Program-made: the position numbers and the translations under genes
The notes under the pieces: generated by a model
What the model was told of the DNA's origin: nothing
The model's input: only the letters and a program-made list of their open reading frames with translations
The model's database searches: none
DNA from: Entomortierella parvispora E1425
Taxonomy: Eukaryota; Fungi; Mortierellomycota
Length of the DNA: 64,000 bases
Assembly: GCA_020891255.1 (NCBI GenBank)
Contig: BQFW01000001.1
Coordinates: 1,984,001 to 2,048,000, forward strand
Reading direction: 5' to 3'
Part shown: positions 60,774 through 64,000 of the stretch, one piece after another
Numbering within the stretch: position 1 is the first letter of the stretch
How the letters are laid out: each line of letters starts with the position of its first letter

Positions 60774-62483
60774 ATGAAGACTTCGGCCACGTTCTCCAGA
60801 AAGAAATTTCTGTTCACTACCACTGCTGCCGTTATCCTCTGCTGCTCCTTCGCGACCGTTTCCACTGTGGAAGCAGGCTTGAACATAGCCGACTTTCCTC
60901 CATCGTCTGAAGTCCCCCCCACCAACTCTCCTCAGGTGCAAAAATGGCTTTCAGAGATTGATCTTACAGGTGCACCCTCCATCGAGGCAAATTCAGGGGA
61001 TCCTCCCAACTGTCCATCCAAAGTTGCAGAGGGTGTCTGCTACTGGACCTGCGAAGACTGTGCAGCAGATGATATTATAACTTGCCCCGACAAGAACGTC
61101 TGGGGCTTGACCTTTGATGATGGCCCGACACCAGCCACACCAGACCTGTTGCAATTCTTGGATCAGCAAAAGGTCAAGGCGACCTTCTTCTTGATTGGAG
61201 CCAACGTTGTGCAGCATCCCGATGTCGTTCTGCAGGAGGTCAAGGCCGGCCACCATTTGGCTTCCCACACGTGAGTCTTATCACCCAAAAAATCTGTTTC
61301 TTGACTTCCTGCATCTTCCCTCCCTTTTTTTTTTTATCTCTCGCTCTCTTTTTTTCTTGCGCTCAGTCTTCTGCAGGAATCCTCGATATGACTCGGTCCT
61401 CCTTGAAACCGGGCCACCGTCTGGTTTCTTTTTTTTTCTTCAATTACTGATGCTGCCTGTCCACCCTTGATCTCTCTTCCCTTACTTTTTTCTTGAACAG
61501 ATGGTCACACCATGCATTGACGACCCTTACGAACGAGCAGATTGTCGCCGAAATCAAATGGACTGAAAAGGCGATCGAGGATGCGACCGGGTACCGCGTC
61601 CGGTACATGCGTCCACCCTATGGTGATGTCGACAATCGCGTCCGATTTGTGCTCAAAAAGCTCGGTTACACCGTAGTCGACTGGACTGGAGACACCTTTG
61701 ATTCGAACGATTGGAAAAGTACGCGAGTTTTTTTTATTCTTCTTGATTGACTTCCAACCTGGCCAAGCCAATCTTTGATGTGCTACTTCTTCATTTTAAC
61801 AGATTGTCTCTTTGTTTGTATGTGTAGTTCCTCAAGTCTCGGTGGACAGCACTCGCACCAAATACGAGAATGCAATCAAAAAGTATGCCGGTCCCACAGC
61901 CAACAACACGCAAGGGTTCATCACTCTGGAGCATGATCTCACCTCTGACACCGTTTCAGTGGCCAAGACAGCGATCCCCCTCGGACTCTCCCTCAAGCTC
62001 AACATCATGACGGTAGCCGAATGTCTCCACGATTCCTCCCCTTACGCAGCCGTGAACGGAACTTTGGCCGCCCTCCCTACCCTGACCAATGCCACGTTCC
62101 CGGTCGCCAATGCTTCCGCAGTCCCTTCTCCTACCTCTGCTTCTTCTCCTCCTTCAGACTCTTCGAGTTCCATCACCTCAGATGGCAACAGCATCCGCAA
62201 TTCAGGGCCTCTGAAGGCTCACAACGCCGCAGGGGTCTCCCTTCGGAGCGTTCGCGGTCAGCATTTTTTGGGACGATTTTTCCCTAGCGGGCAGTCGAAT
62301 CCATCCTCTCGATCGTCCAGATCTTGGTTCGCAGTGTCTTCCTCAGCGGCCTCTTCGGTCTCTGCAGCAGACATTCATTCTGCTGTGGCCCTTGTCCAAA
62401 AATCATCGACGCAGGCGATCCAGAAGGCGCTCTGGTCGGGGTTGGTCCTGGGATCCTTTGTCGCAGGCCTGGTCTCTTTGTAA
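60774..62483 (+). CDS. Chitin deacetylase (CE4 polysaccharide deacetylase), secreted and probably GPI- or membrane-anchored; 3 exons
   Basis: CE4 motifs TFDDGP, HT|WSH, RPPYG, DSNDW, LEHD; Ser-rich stalk; hydrophobic C-terminus. Confidence 0.92.
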
Positions 62484-62761
62484 TATTCCAAAAAAAAGAA
62501 GACTCTGTTTATGTCCACCTATATATCATTCATCTTGGCTTTATCATAATCTTCTCTTTCATCAGCATACTCGTCTGTTCCACTTTCTCATCGTTGCATC
62601 CTTTTGACTATCGCCACCATGACCATAGCCACTTAATAAATCAAGCGGGATTGCCAGATCAATCTGTTATCTGATTCCATGATCCGTTATCAGATCCTGC
62701 TCCTTTTTTTTTTTTTTTTTAATTTATTTTGGTGGGATTGAAAACGGCTGTAGATGGCTCA

Positions 62762-64000
62762 TTACAACAAACCGAGCACGTATTGAACAAACTCCTTGGC
62801 TTCCAGAGCTTCGAGGGCCGTTTCCTCTTCCTGCGTCAGTTCCACAGGGCTGATCTTTGCCTTAATTTCGCCTTCTTCGTCCTGTTCTGCAGCTGCGCCA
62901 TCCGTCAGTGGTCCTGCACCCGATTCTGACAACAGTTTAGTTCTTGCTTCCTCTGCCAATGCCGTGTTGACCTCGAGTCCATTTAAATAGGCTAAAAAAA
63001 ACAGACAGAAAATTCAAATGGTGAGTCTCTCTGGTATTTCTCTCTGGTATTTGAAACCCCTCACTTTTTGCGCCTGCAACAACGTTGTTTTTCTCACCTT
63101 GCAAGTTATCCTTGATATCATCCAAGGACTGGCCCCTCCGGTTCAGCAACATACGAACGCGTGCCTTGATATCGCTCTCCTTCTCTACGGCAGGGGTCGT
63201 TTCTTCTTCTTCAAGGTCAAGGTTCTCGGCGCACAAATGGGCGATAATGATGTCAATCAGCTGCATGACAAAGAGTCCTGACTCTAACCGCTGCAAGGAC
63301 CGCTCATCTTCCAGTTCTGCGATATCCTCCGCATCCAAGCCCTCTTCCTTGTCCTCCTGTTCAAACTTTTCGTTCAAAGTGTTGACACGGGCTTCATATC
63401 CTTCCCGGAGATCCAAGAGTCTTTCCAGTTTTGAGTAGTCCTCCTCGACAAACTTGCGCACCACTCTCAGACGGTGACCTGACTCCAGAGGTAGATTCCG
63501 GACTAGAGAGGCCATGATACCAATAATGTGCTCCTCCTCCTCGACCTCCGAAAACGACTTGTATGCCTTCTTAAGCTTGTCGACACCCTAATTCCAATAG
63601 CAAAGCGAAATGAAAAAAATGTGTCAATCGAGTATTATGAACAACAAGAGTGACATCTTTTGGCACCTTTTAGTCTAATAAAACCTCTTACCTTTCGTGA
63701 AAAAATGGAAAAAAGAGTCTTCAGTCCCATAATCTCGACAAAGCGCAAGCAATTGGCCGTTCCTGCTTTGGTCGACATGGCGTAATCCAAGACCTTGACT
63801 GCCCTAATTCTCGCCATCTTTTTTTCCTTGATCATGATCACCATCAACTCGATACCCTCTCCTTCCAAGAACAGTCGCTTGTTTTCCTTTTCGGCCAGAG
63901 CAGAGCACAATCCGTCAAAAAGATTCTCCATCATCTCAATCTCATCCGGGTCCTTGGGATCCTTGCGCTTATAAGTTGCCAGAAGCTGCAACAAATCGTC
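62762..64000 (-). CDS. CTNNBL1: Beta-catenin-like protein 1 (spliceosome Prp19 complex), 3' part, truncated by the window edge
   Basis: YKRKDP...EIEMMENLFDGLCSAL...FLEGEGIELM; GLKTLFSIF; EEEHI; KFVEEDYSKLERL; RLESGLFVMQLID. Confidence 0.9.

Overview
Gene-dense, intron-containing fungal genomic DNA. The gene repertoire, splice signals and codon bias suggest an early-diverging fungus, most likely Mortierellaceae (inference). About 30 protein-coding genes can be traced. The main finding is a 12.8-kb operon-like branched-chain amino acid (BCAA) cluster at 18816-31611: ILV2 and ILV5 transcribed divergently, then a 3-hydroxyisobutyryl-CoA hydrolase, ILV6, and a single 1080-aa protein. That protein fuses 3-isopropylmalate dehydrogenase (LEU2) to a complete large+small subunit aconitase-family dehydratase that does not look like canonical fungal LEU1. 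The clustered ILV2 has unusual substitutions at conserved sites (GQVP to GQVV, RHEQ to RAEQ). Other notable items: a tandem array of at least 3 bacterial-like LUD-domain genes with different N-terminal extensions, two GPI-anchored LysM paralogs, a candidate H/ACA snoRNA in the rps2 intron, a ~750-bp four-unit palindromic repeat, a run of five mitochondrial biogenesis genes, a FAAP100-like gene and a CRIB-containing WASP. All calls come from reading motifs by eye; no database searches were run.
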